From Styela clava (lineage: Eukaryota): DNA of 64,000 bases. The stretch covers positions 17,298,001 through 17,362,000 of the forward strand of contig NC_135252.1 of the NCBI RefSeq assembly GCF_964204865.1. Reading direction: 5' to 3'. How positions within the stretch are numbered: the stretch's first letter is position 1; the number at the start of each line of letters is the position of its first letter. Under the pieces are notes generated by a model. It made no database searches, was not told the DNA's origin, and worked only from the letters and a program-made list of their open reading frames with translations. This document shows positions 46,959 through 59,659 of the stretch, one piece after another. A program made the translations under genes and the position numbers.

Positions 46959-49900
46959 TCTGTAAGTGGCCCACTTAGGAAGGTAATACCTCTGCTGTAT
47001 ACGAATTAAATTGAAAAACCTTGAAGGGATGGGTGTGAGAATGGGAAAGTCTGAAGAATGGCGGTTTTGGTGATGACTATTTTTTGCTGCCGCTGTATTT
47101 GACATTGGGATTCCGGTAAATTGTCGGGAAAATTTGGACGTGTTTTGGTTCCGGTCTGGGCACAACGACAATACTGCACGATCGACGCCAAGTAGGCTAT
47201 CGAGCCTTGTTGGTGGTGGATGACCTCGGTCCTATCTTAAATTTGGCCTCGTTCGCATGACTACGAGATTGATGCGTTGTGCTTGATACGAAATGCATTG
47301 CTGAACTAGCAATAAATCCCACTCTTCTGAAACCCTATTCTGCGGCTTACACAATTTGTCTGTTTTTACCACCGGACAGTAGACGGTGATTTCTCAACCT
47401 TTCTTCCATCCTCATTTATTTGTCAAGCCCTCCTGAAGTATCTGAAGCATTGCTATCGACTTTCAGTGAACTTTGTCTACGATGTGACTAGCCTTTTCTG
47501 GATACTTCTCACCAAAAAATGCATGATTATGTCCATGATTTATTTATATGTATGCTCGTACAATGTATTTGTATATATTAGCATAAAAATCTCATGAAGT
47601 CAATTCTCTAACAAATAGTAAATAGATAAACTACAAAATATCCGGATAGTAAAGATTATAGATATCCGAACTAACCCTATTTCCTACTTACTCCACTAGT
47701 TCAGCGAGAGAGGGTGAACTACTATATTGTTATGTCTTATTGATCATTTTTTCATACGTCCATTTAACATCTAACGCTAGCTGCATTGCCGTTAAATTAT
47801 TCAAAATGTCGAAAAGAAACGTTTTCCAATGAGTTGAATTCTACCAAGCCTTTTTTTATGTTTTATAAATAATAATAATTAGAAGCATTGACATAAACTA
47901 AATTTATTCATTAAGCTGAATCAGCATCGTAGTTGTCGTTGCTCGAAGACCTTTCGAGGTGTGCAACTACTAGAAAAGCTATCTTAAATAAAGGTGCAGC
48001 CCGTGGCTTCACCCCGTTAAATGTATATGGCCCTCCTGTAATAAAGGTTGCACACCCCTGGCTTAGAGTCTTAGCCTCTACACATGACATCTTTCCTACT
48101 TGCGAATTTAGAACCGGAAACCATTATTGTGATACAAGGCTGGACTAATTTTGTCCTAAGATATGTCCTAAGATATTGTAAATATATATTCATTGAATAG
48201 TGTGAAGTGTTTTTTTTTTCACAACATTTTAGTGACAGATTTTCCATTGTTCAGCACGAAATGCTATTTTGCGAAGTGCTTTTTATTTCACTTTTTAAAT
48301 AAAAAAATTGTGTATAATAGAATATAGATTAATATTGATTGTGTACTTCGTACGAGGGATTGTGTTTGTGCGATCAAAGGTTTTCATATGTATCACAATG
48401 CCTTTCCAAAGCACGGTTACTTTATACCCAAGAGTAACTATGCGTAGCGACCTGAAAAGTGCTTAAACTATAGTTTTTCGCAGGTATGTTATATCTACAT
48501 CGGCTTAATCGGCTTTTGCCACGCCCAAATAGAATGAACAGTGTTTATGTATATCCAGAAAAGACCTATTAGCTAACATCATGCCATTTTAAAACCTGTC
48601 ATAGGCAATAGGAATCAGTGAAGAGACTCAGTTTAGTCACTAAACTTTACTTAGTGTATGTAGAAAATATGGAATTTGCCGCGAAACAGTCGCGAACGAC
48701 TTTACAAATAGACAATGTTTTTTCACCCTACAAATGTTTACCCGCATAGCATATCATAAAAATACCAAAAAAACGAACAATTGACATTTCGTTTTTTAGG
48801 CGTGTTAGTAAACAAGTTTTAAAAAATCTGCAATATACTATAAGTTAGGCTTCAGATATCAGACTTTGATATCAACATTTTAAAATGGTAGGTGTTTAAA
48901 TGTTTTAAATTAAAATGATGTTAAATAACATGTAAATCAATTTTCAAGCGTCAGTTGACTAAAACACTAAAGATAAGCACATAAAGCATTTTTCATGGTG
49001 TCAAGGATCGGAGAAAAATTTATTCTACCGGAATACCGTATTGTTCTTAAAGGACCTTTAATTTAACTGTTATCGCTTCTTGGCTTCCGTTTGGGTTATA
49101 ATCTAAGTGTAATCTAAATACTGTACAACTGTCTTGTTGCATACTAACGTAAACATATTTCTGCAACGTTTCCCTTGAACGAAGTTTTCCTTGTGTTGGT
49201 GTGAGGCGAGCAACTGTATACTGTACTCCTGCTGCAGCATCTTTATAAGCGTTTATATGCATACTTACATATCCACGAGCGCAAAGACATAGGGAGAGAT
49301 AAGTAGTTAGGACTTGGAACCACAGAAACCAAATCGATAGCGTAAGATCGTTTTGAGTTAGTTTTATACAGTATTGTTTCATTGCACTTTCAGTTTGTGA
49401 CGTAACGTAACAGGCGACGCGAAAAAGGGAATATCATACTCGGAAGGCGAAAAGCCATACCTGTATCATTGGGGTGGGCCTAGCTGCAGTTTCAATTGCT
49501 TACAACAAAAAAGAAGTCTAGTTATTGGAGGAATCATTATCGAAAAAACCTCATCATGGCACAAGAGTTCCGATTGCCCACCATACTGTTTTCTGTTTCC
49601 CGTGCCAGGCTGTGTCGTAACCGTGTCATCGCAGTACATTTGCTAGAGTCTACTTAGACTACCCAAAAGTTGATAAGAAACTTAAATTTTAAGTTGTCAC
49701 AAAACCGACATCTATAGCCATAGGAAGGAGCATCGATTGTCAACAATGTCACAGTATATTGTACCTGTACCATTCTTAAAAGAACCTCAAACTGCTGAAC
49801 TGTTATTGCTCTTTGACTTCCGCGTGGTTTTATCCGTTTCATATTTATTTGTGATTGCTGCACAAAACAATTTTTATGTTTCTTATATTTGTAACTGTAA

Positions 49901-51692
49901 AGTATATTAATACTGCTACTGTTCTCATTCGCCCGTTTTATTATCATATGGCGTGGGGATCTCACCAAGACTCGTTTTTATTTTAATTAACCTTATGCGT
50001 GTGACACCAGGCACGCGACGTAACTGTACTTCTGGGATGGAAATACGCAAAATATAGTTTATTATAGGTTAACACTGCGAAATTGACAAAAATGCATTTT
50101 TTTAGACTTTCACCAGTAGATATTTGATTTAATTTATATTCAAATACTCTTAATTATGAATGGATTGTTCAGAGACGGTGCAGGTTACTAAGATTATTAA
50201 TTGTTAAATCGCGTCTTATAGGAAATAAGATGAATCAGAATACTGACGCGCGTATTATATTTGTTCGCTGTAACGTGATGGCCGACTCATGATCCACGCA
50301 TAAATCGTGGAAAAAACAATGTGATATAACTATGGATTTTGTATTAGCTATCGTCTATTGAGCTAAGATTTTTCGAAAATACCACGGCGATTTGGAAAGT
50401 CCAATTTGCATTGATACCTAAGAAAGCTTGGTGTCTGCAATAATTAGTTTCTCTTTTTTCTGAATCAGAATGGCTGTTAATGGTACATAGATGGCTATAA
50501 TGCCTGAATTGGTACAGAAATAGATTGGGACAAAACTGAGAGACCATACACATTGGAATATTGCGTAAAGGATACGTCCTAAACCTGATTAGTTATGCAA
50601 CTTGGAGCCAATTACAAAATACGCCAAGTAACGCCGGCATTGGCATGTCGTATCAGTAGATAGTTAGATGTTGTCCCGGCGCTTATTTATAGCTCATTTC
50701 CAAGTCCTCTCGGTTTATGGAGAAATTTAAGATGTTTTGGCATTATTTCAAAGTTGCTACTAACGAATTATCATAGCAAGTGGATTATTGTAAGTTAGAT
50801 TCATATTATCAATAAGATGGGCCGAAAGTTCCCAGTACCTGTCGACGCTTGACAGCTAAGGCATCGTGATTTCAAAATAAAAGGTTAAAATCTGTAAGAT
50901 TATCTCAGTAATTCTGTAGTTTGAATAAATGCTAATAAACTGCCATACCACCTGAGTAGGCAAAAAGTTTATCCATTAAGCGCGGATCCGTATCCTGCGA
51001 TTTGTACGTTAGCATGTTGAGAGCGTTGTTAACAAATACTCGAGTAGATGTCGGTTACAACTGAATAAACATAAGTTTATGACGTTTAGATTTTCTAATT
51101 ATTGAAATTTAATCATTTTATGAATATTGATGAATTCCTTATTAGATTGAGCAATACAATCAACAATGAGTAAAATCATTACGATAAAAATTATTGAACG
51201 ATACATCAGAGGTACTTTTACAGATGCTCTGTTTAAATTTAATCGTCAGTGTATTGCCTTGAAAGTAGTTTTGGTTTAATTGTATTTGATATAGACAGAG
51301 AGAAAATGGGCCACGATTTGATCGTTTCAGTTGCAGGGATTAGATGTTGCAGTCACTCGTAGAATAACACCTATTTTATCCATACTTATACTATGTATGT
51401 ATTACTACCCACCAAGAGATATCTCGTGTGTCGGATTTTGTAAGTGTGTAGCAATAAGCACCAAGCAGTACATAGAAAGGACGGGTGCCACTACAAGATA
51501 GCCATCCCTATCCGAAGTTAACCAAACCTCAAAGTTATCGAGTTACGGCCTTTCGGAAAATTATATATATTTTACAGGGCGCCTGAATATATTTCCGGGT
51601 TTTGGGTTCAGCTCTTTGGTGAAACAGCCATTTCAAAGCATACATACTTCGTTGAGTGAATTTATTGCTAATGTGCAAAAGACGATATACGC

Positions 51693-52558
51693 CAGAGGTG
51701 GCCAACCTGCTTTCGACTAAAATCTTTAAAATAGCTCGCGATCGACTGATCGGTAATAAGGTCATACACAAAAACGAATGAGTACTGAATATGCAGATGA
51801 CTAACTACACATATACAAAAATTCCACCGCTGCCAATAAGTCGGCTCAATCTTAATAAAATCGCCACAAAAATTTGTATTTTTTATGCTCTATTTAATTT
51901 GTTAAATTGATTATGTAATTGTACCCGGAGTAAATCTTTGATCATTTATTTTAGCTTTATTCAAACCATACAATTCAGATCTAAAGCCTGTCTAATTTGA
52001 AGTCGTTGAAAATCCTTATAAAACCCTGCCAAGTATCCATGTAAGATCTGAACAGCCAAACATAAATATTTTCAAACCATAAAAGCTTCATGACTGATCA
52101 AACTTCAGTAGAGCCATCTAATTTACAATTTCCTCCAAGTCCGATTCTTTGCTCGCATGAAATGAGAAAAATTGGGCATTTTGATGCCACTGCGAACAAA
52201 ATTGATCACACTGCTCTTGGAGTGAGACAATAACTTCCACATACTGCAGGAGTTATTTTAGGATCGTTTGTCGGTCAAGACACACGATGTTCGGCACGTT
52301 CATTTCCTAACCTTGGCAGCGGCAAAACTTGCATCTGTACATAATAATATGCCCCATGAAACTTGCCTAGACTCAAATAGTGTATGTATATATCGTACTT
52401 TGCGCATGTACAGTACTGTATTCTTTCTGCTTTAAAACACACAACAGACGCTGCATGGAACTGGTTCATAGGAATTTTTTGGGATGTTAATAAATTCACT
52501 CAACATCAGACGCGATCGACTACTCGAGACGTGGCGATCGACGTTTTGGCTACCCCTG
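51693..52558 (+). mobile_element. Non-autonomous hAT MITE (~870 bp), copy 1
   Basis: CAGAGGTGGCCAACC...TTTGGCTACCCCTG with GCGATCGAC subterminal repeats. Homologous along its length to the reverse complement of 60868-61736. TSD degenerate (ATATACGC / ATACACAA, 5/8). Confidence 0.8.
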
Positions 52559-52589
52559 ATACACAAGTCACATACAGTATATGAGTCTA

Positions 52590-52840
52590 AGCAAGCCTGA
52601 TAGAGCACATTGTTACGTGACAAATGAAAGTTTTGCCACTGCCAAGGTTTAGAAATGCACTTGTCGGCACTGAGAAGCTATCCTACAATAACTTTTGCGG
52701 TATCTTTGGCGGAGTAAGTGTGGTAAAGTGTATTCGGTAGCAGTGGCATCAGAATTTTCAATAGTTTCTAATTCAAAGCTAGTAACGAATCGGACTTGGA
52801 GGAAATTGGAAGTAAGAGCTAGTTTTCATCGGGAGTTGTT
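52590..52840 (-). mobile_element. Internal fragment of the same MITE family, inverted relative to copy 1
   Basis: TTACGTGACAAATG..CTGCCAAGGTT, GGTAGCAGTGGCATCA and GAATCGGACTTGGAGGAAATTG match 61040-61310 (+) and the reverse complement of ~52120-52360. Confidence 0.7.
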
Positions 52841-52957
52841 GACTATTTTTCATTGTTATCTTGCTTTTTTGTTATCTTTAGAAAATAGGTATAATATGTG
52901 AAGAGGTCAAAATGTGAGTGCATTTGAAATCAATTTATTGCAACTTAGCTGTGCGGA

Positions 52958-55900
52958 ATGAAGGTTGCTAAAAAACTTCATTATATTAAACGCTATATGA
53001 AAATATGGATAGCTCTTGTTATTTTCATATACTGTATACTGCAGCGTCAGTATATAATATCTGTTTTGAATAACTTAACTTTTCACGAAGATTTTGACTT
53101 GGAATACTTTGATGTAGACGACATCGATAACACTGAAACGATAGAATTGAGCCATTTACCTAACATGGCTAGAATAAAACGGAAAACAATTCTGGATTAT
53201 AAACCAGGCCACCGCCCTTGTCGTCATTATCCTAGGAACTTGAAGGGAAATTTAACATCTAACATCAAGATCAACGTAACTCAAACTCTTCCGTGGGACG
53301 TTATAGAGTCTTCCATTTCCAGGGTTTACGAGGGAAAATTTTCTCCTAGAAATTGTAAATCACGCTACAATGTTGCAATCATAATTCCGTTGCGGAATCG
53401 TGAATCTCAATTAAAAGTATTATTAGCTCATATGCATCCTATATGGCAACGACAAAATCTTGATTACACTGTTTATACCATTACACAAGCAGGGGAGGGA
53501 TTATTTAATAGAGCAAAACTTATCAACGTGGGAGTTTTTGAAGCTACGAAAGGTAAGAATCACTGTATATTTTGATTTTCTAATGATACCAACTTGTGTG
53601 AAATGGGTGGTTTTGGATTAGTACATTATTTTTTAGAAAAGTCATGTATATTGTATGAATTCTTGTTGTTTGTCTGGCCATACAAAAAACACTGCCTTAT
53701 CTTAGGTTTTATTAGAAAATGTAGCCACCATCGTCGCTATCTATAAAAAGTATATTGAATGCTTGTCGATTTCATTTTCAAATAAATTTGTCGCCTTATC
53801 GCCGGTTGTATATGAACGATATTATCTGCCAGGTCCAACTTAAAATATTCAGCCAGCTTCAACAAATAGGTTTCAAAGTTCAATTCCAAACCTGCAATCA
53901 AAATTCAACTTCTTTAGGGAAACAAATATACGATTTATATACCCTTTTACATCCAGTGAAAAAAAATTGATATATATTATTCTTCAATTTTACTTTCCAG
54001 AGCAATCCTACGACTGTTTTGTGTTTCATGATGTTGACTTGTTGTTGGAAGATGACCGGTGTTTGTATTGGTGTGACGAAGAAAATCCTCGTCATATATC
54101 GATGTATATGGACAAATTTGCTTATGAACCACTCTCTTATTCGACAACATGTCGTCCAGCATCATGTAAGTGCTATGGAATTTTATATTGACTGTTTACA
54201 CAATTTGTTAAAAATTACTGCCATTCACGCTCATACAGGGTGAGGCAAACAAACCTCCCATATTCAACTTTTAGAAAAAATACAAGAATAGCCTCTATTA
54301 AATTTTTATTGCACACTCAACAAGGCATTTGATTTCTATTTTGAGTAAACTTCTTTTACAAAACAACCTATTAGAGATGGTCCCTCCATCTGCAATTCAT
54401 AAGCTTATCCTAAAGTTTTCCATCAACCTCTTAGTGATTTCTCGCGGATTTCATTTTCTATTTTGAACAAAAGTGGAAAGTCAGGCGACCGTGCTGGCCA
54501 TTCCATATTACCATGCAAAGAATTCAAATGCGTTGAAACGATTCCCCGCAAAACATTCATTGATTTTTTGCCGTGTGGGCTGTTGCCCCATCTTGTTAAA
54601 ACCATAACTTTGCATGATTTCTAAGATATTTAAGTTTTGGCATGAAAACGTTTTGCAGCATAACGAACTGAAGTAAGCGAAACCGCCTGCTCGAAAAATT
54701 AACGACTCCAAATTGCAAAACTCGCAACTACGCACCACAGCGTACTCGCTTAATATGAAGAGGTCTTCCTGTAGCCTTACAAGGTTTTCTCTGCGTTCTG
54801 CCAAGAAGCGAAAATTTTGCTTATTGACATACCAGATTCGCTGTTAGTTTGTATAAAATTCGTAATAAATCACTTGTTTTTAATAAATCATAAATCACGA
54901 AAATAAAATGGCAGTTCATTAACAACATAAATTTACCTAAATTAGATAAATAACCGCAACAGCTTTGCCATAGTAAGAATTTAAAATGTGGTAACTTTTT
55001 CGCCTCAATATCATTCTTCATAAAATGGCACATATGTAGCAATACTCATAGACCGTTGTAAATAATAATATCAATAGGTTTCAATAGTCTACTGAACTAT
55101 TTCGATAGTCGAATTTGAACAAATGAACTTCACTGATCACCGCCAACAAGTTACATTTCCTAATTAACAAAAATACCTAGAAGTATTAATATTTACCAAC
55201 ACTGTTTTAGTTTTTTTAGAAAATATTATATATTACGGCGGCGTGTCAAGTATGACACCAAAGCAGTTCAACAATGTCAATGGTTTCTCAAACTTTTATT
55301 GGGGATGGGGAGGGGAAGATGATGACATGTATTTCAGATTGAAAACTGCAGGTTTGTGATTTCTTTCATGGATTGAAAATATATTACCGATGTTGAAATA
55401 ATAAATGAGGAATTTAAAAAATGACTTTAGGTTTATGATATCGCATAAAAGACTTCATAAGTATCTTGTTGAAAAATAACTGGTAAATGCTTTCATACAA
55501 AATTTGACTGAATTTGTTTAAATCTTGATTGCTTTATACATTGGGTCTAAAGTTTGCTGAATACCTTAACAGCTCTAACCATCAGAGGCAGCTTGACTAG
55601 AGCACTTTCGGTAGTACGGTTGATCATGCCATGAAATTTGACACAAACAATTTGCAAAATGACGATAAAAAGAAAAGGGCTGAAAGTATCTAAACTTGTG
55701 CCAGCCAAATATGATTACTCAGAATTATGATTTTGGCGCACTGCTGTGCCTGCGATCTAGATCCTCCGCAGTTTAGTCAAATTATTAGATGTATATATGT
55801 TAACAGCTGATTTTGATTCTATATTTTTCAACAACGAAATATGTTATTGCGCTGAGTTATAAACATTGAAGGCTATTCATTTTGATAACAAAATTGTTTT

Positions 55901-58900
55901 GATGGCAAAATAAAGACAGGTTATGACTGCTTTTTTTCTTAGTTTCTCCTCTTGAGTGATTGAGTAGCTAAACGATTTTATGGTGCATATAAAACCACAA
56001 GTTTCCTATTCCCTGTGTATCTTCCCGTTAGATCAGGGATTCCCAACCGGTGGTACGCGTACCACTAGTGGTACGCGGGAGCTTTTCAGGTGGTACGCGT
56101 GCAGCTTTCTGTTGTATTCGATATATATGACATCACAATCATGTTATTTATTGACGCTTTTGCAAGAGTTCTTGTTAGAATAGCCAACTCGTCGCCTGTG
56201 ATTGCTTTGCCAAAGTTTTGGCTGAGTATTTTAAAATGTCGAAGCGAAAGTATAGTGAAAATTATATTGAGTATGGCTTCATTGCTATTGAACATCGAGG
56301 AGATATCTTACCTCAGTGCGTGATCTGTATGAAAACCCTTTCAAATGCAGCTTTGAAACCAAGTTTGCTTAAGCGACACCTTGAAACCAATCATACAGAT
56401 AAGATGAACCGAGATAAGAGTTATTTTGAGCGACTTGGGGAGAACGTGAAGAGACAGCGCATGGATCACACAGGCCAGTTTTACCAAAAGAATGCGGGGA
56501 TTGTAAAGGCATCCTACGAAGTATCTCTTCTGGTGGCCCAACACAAAAAAGCTCATGTCATTGCAGAGTCTCTTATTTTGCCTGCAGCTAAGATATTAGT
56601 CAGAAATTTGATTGGAGAAGAGTCAGCGGCAAAGTTGGATAGTGTTTCGCTTTCTAACAATACCGTGAAACGACGCATCGAGGAAATGTCAGTTGATATT
56701 ACTGACCAGGTGATTGCAGGAGTAAGAAATTCGAAGTTTGGATTTGCCTTACAACTTGATGAATCGACAGATGTCACAAACTGCTGCCAACTGCTTGCCT
56801 ACGTCCGCTTTATTCAGAACGATACTGTAAAAACGGAATTAATGTTGAATCATGAGCTGTCTACTACATCAAAAGGAAAAGATATTTTCAACTCTTTGGA
56901 TAATTTTTTCAAGGAAAATGAATTAGATTGGGGAAATCTTGTCGGATGTACCACGGATGGGGCTCCCTCCATGCTCGGCAGAAAATCTGGATTTCAAGCC
57001 CTTGTCAAAGCAGTGTCACCTCGCGTCGTAAGTGTTCACTGTTTCATACACAGATTTGCTCTTTGCACAAAAGTTCTTCCTGCAAATTTGTTAATGTGCT
57101 TGAACAGGGTCATCAAAATCGTAAATTTTGTTAAAACATCAGCTTTAAATACTCGATTGTTTAAGGTTCTTTGCGAAGATCTCGGCTCTGATCACACGTG
57201 TCTCCTTTATCACACAGAAGTACGTTGGCTCTCTCGAGGAAACACAACTAAACGTCTTTTTGAAATGAGGGATGAATTACTTTTATTTTTCCAACAGAAA
57301 GACCATGACTTTCAAAACGACCTGCAGGATGAGGATTTTATTGCGAAGTTGGCTTATTTGTCAGATATATTTGAAACATTCAATCACTTAAATTTGTCAT
57401 TTCAAGGGAAAAACTGCACAGTCGCAGACTTTGTTTCAAAACTGGGAGCCTTTATCAGAAAGCTGAATTTATGGAGAAAAAATGTGGAAAACAAGCGCTA
57501 TGGTATGTTTAAATTTCTGTCAGCCCTTGAAATAGAAATCAGTGATGACTTGTCCAGAGAAATTACCCAGCACCTCTCGCTGCTAACTGCTGAATTGCAG
57601 CATTACTTTCCAGATACCTCATGCTGCCCATACGTCACAGATCCTTTCTCAGTGGACCCAGCCGACCTACTTGTTGGTACAGGGGAACAAGAGGAACTGA
57701 TAGACATACAGGAGGATCTGGAAGCAAAAAAACAATGCAAAGAATATTCTGCAATAAACTTTTGGCTTAGTATGGCTTCTTCATACCCAACGCTAGCTTC
57801 TCACGCTATTCCACAACTACTGATTTTTCCTTCTACTTGGGAATGTGAGCAGGGATTTTCTATTCTTATGAACATCAAATCAAAAAATCGAAACCGACTA
57901 AGTGCCCCCGGACATGACTTCAGATGTGCTATTAGCAACGTTATGCCGCGCATCGATCAACTGGCGCAAGACAAACAAAAACAAAAATCCCATTAAATTT
58001 AGCCGTGCACTTTTCGTTGTTTATTCTGATTGGTAATTTTGGTACATTCGTTAAATTTACATCCTGATTTATCATGTTATCATAATAAATTGGTTTTGTA
58101 AAATTTGTATCAAATTAGCTGTTTCGAAAATAGTGGTACATGTTGACAAATCGTGGTGCCCAAGTGGTACGAGAACGTAAAAAGGTTGGGAACCCCTGCG
58201 TTAGATGAAGACGTCCAGTAATATACGGGGAATGTTGAGAATATTATTTTAGTCGTAAACTTGTATTTTGGATCTCAAGAGACACTGCATAAAATATTTG
58301 CGTTTGACAAATTTTCTAGTCAGATTTGCATGGATATGTATTTCAAAAACGCCCAAAATTGTCTCGCATTAGTTCTGGCAGTTGATCAAATTTCTTTTGT
58401 TTTCAGGATACGACGTGTCCAATCCATACGGTCAACATTGTTCATTTCGTATGATAGCGCATGAACACGAGTCTTCGAACGCTGAGAATGAAGCAAGATA
58501 TACTCTGTTATATCATGCCGCTTCCAGAATGAGAAAAGAAGGCTCAAACACTTTGAGGTCAGTATCCTGGATACGTGCAATTTGACAGATAGACCCGAAT
58601 CCATCCAAATATTTGCAATCGTATTTCGCCGAGTTAATTAAAAACCATATTCAGAGCATGATCTGTTGGTGCGCTATGATATCGCTTGGCGTCGTTTTAA
58701 AAAGTATATAACAATAACAGATAATATCAGGAAGTTACATAAAACCGAAACCAAATGCTAATAATAAAAAACAAAATATTCTGCGCGCGTTTGCTCAAAG
58801 CGATAATATCCGCGGAAGTCAGGTCAGATGGAGGTAATTACTGTAACGAACGCCTCCGACTATTGTATGAAGGTAAACAGATTATTCATCATTTGTAGGC

Positions 58901-59659
58901 ATACTTGTCAGTAAGTATAAGTCCACCACCGCGCGGTCAGTCGAAAGCCGTCAAATTTGACAGCCACGAACACAAATGCTATACGCTTTCGTTTGTAAGG
59001 ATTTTGAGAGATAGAAAACCCATCCAATTTAACTACAGCACGTCATATGAATTAGAACAAAAAACAATTGTAGAGGTTGAGTATTAGAATCAACAAATAA
59101 TGGGCGCGACTGAACGTGTGGTGTACAATGTATTTCTTTTACTCTGCGTTATATGAAGCGTCTCGACTTTCGATCCACATTTATAAGTATAGGTTTTTTG
59201 GAAACTTAACCAAAACTTTTCCGAAGACAAAATAGCGGAAAAATTATTTCATTTATGCCACTATTTACGACACTACCTAAAACTGCCAAGTAATTGCAAA
59301 TAAAACAACAAAAACGATTCATTGGTTACAACCATGCTTGATATTCTGTCCAAGTAAAAGAGTGTATGAGGGACTGCTGAAATTCCAATTGTTGCGTCAC
59401 TGGTATTACGGGAATTGGCCATTGTTACAGAAATGCACAAGCAAATCGTTGCTCGGAGAAATATATGGTGTACCTTGCTTGTTTAGAATACGTTTATCTA
59501 TTTTTTTTCAGATACAAATTATTGTCTGTGAAGAGATTTCCACTGTACGTTAACATCACAGTTGATATAGGAAGACCATCCATGAAAATGTTAAAGTTTA
59601 TGTCGAGAAAAATGTCTTGGACGGAAATATGCATTGCACGAGTTCCATGGCGAATGTAA
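52958..59659 (+). CDS. Beta-1,4-galactosyltransferase family (GT7) protein, 5 exons, ~399 aa
   Basis: Exons 52958-53552, 54001-54165, 55211-55351, 58407-58557, 59512-59659 (1200 nt, phases compatible). Type II signal anchor, [25 protein letters not shown] (DxD), [24 protein letters not shown] (metal-binding Met/His), [11 protein letters not shown]. Confidence 0.92.
54236..54810 (-). mobile_element. Degraded Tc1/mariner-type transposon relic in B4GALT intron 2
   Basis: TA|CAGGGTG terminal motif at ~54234. Minus-strand fragments [10 protein letters not shown] / WPARSPDF resemble the FQQDGA-P-H ... WPPRSPDL transposase motifs, now frameshifted. Confidence 0.6.
56034..58198 (+). mobile_element. 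Autonomous Buster-type hAT DNA transposon, 2165 bp, structurally intact, in B4GALT intron 3
   Basis: TIRs CAGGGATTCCCAACC / reverse complement CAGGGGTTCCCAACC (14/15). Perfect TSD CGTTAGAT (56026-56033 / 58199-58206) with central TA. GTGGTAC subterminal repeats at both ends. One long ORF, AATAAA at ~58083. Confidence 0.97.
56236..57996 (+). CDS. hAT (Buster/ZBED5-ZBED8/SCAND3-like) transposase, 586 aa
   Basis: BED zinc finger CVIC...LKRHLETNH. Catalytic D in LDESTD, D in TDGA, CxxH in HCFIH, RWLSRG, catalytic E in [11 protein letters not shown]-terminal KSKNRNRL. No stops or frameshifts. First ATG at 56236. Confidence 0.96.
   Translation: MSKRKYSENYIEYGFIAIEHRGDILPQCVICMKTLSNAALKPSLLKRHLETNHTDKMNRDKSYFERLGENVKRQRMDHTGQFYQKNAGIVKASYEVSLLVAQHKKAHVIAESLILPAAKILVRNLIGEESAAKLDSVSLSNNTVKRRIEEMSVDITDQVIAGVRNSKFGFALQLDESTDVTNCCQLLAYVRFIQNDTVKTELMLNHELSTTSKGKDIFNSLDNFFKENELDWGNLVGCTTDGAPSMLGRKSGFQALVKAVSPRVVSVHCFIHRFALCTKVLPANLLMCLNRVIKIVNFVKTSALNTRLFKVLCEDLGSDHTCLLYHTEVRWLSRGNTTKRLFEMRDELLLFFQQKDHDFQNDLQDEDFIAKLAYLSDIFETFNHLNLSFQGKNCTVADFVSKLGAFIRKLNLWRKNVENKRYGMFKFLSALEIEISDDLSREITQHLSLLTAELQHYFPDTSCCPYVTDPFSVDPADLLVGTGEQEELIDIQEDLEAKKQCKEYSAINFWLSMASSYPTLASHAIPQLLIFPSTWECEQGFSILMNIKSKNRNRLSAPGHDFRCAISNVMPRIDQLAQDKQKQKSH

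Noticed and set aside
49047-49968. Two ORFs sharing the words GSQ.AITV and VQYTV
   Set aside because: Reflects short diverged DNA repeats in different order. No splice-compatible gene model or known domain could be built.
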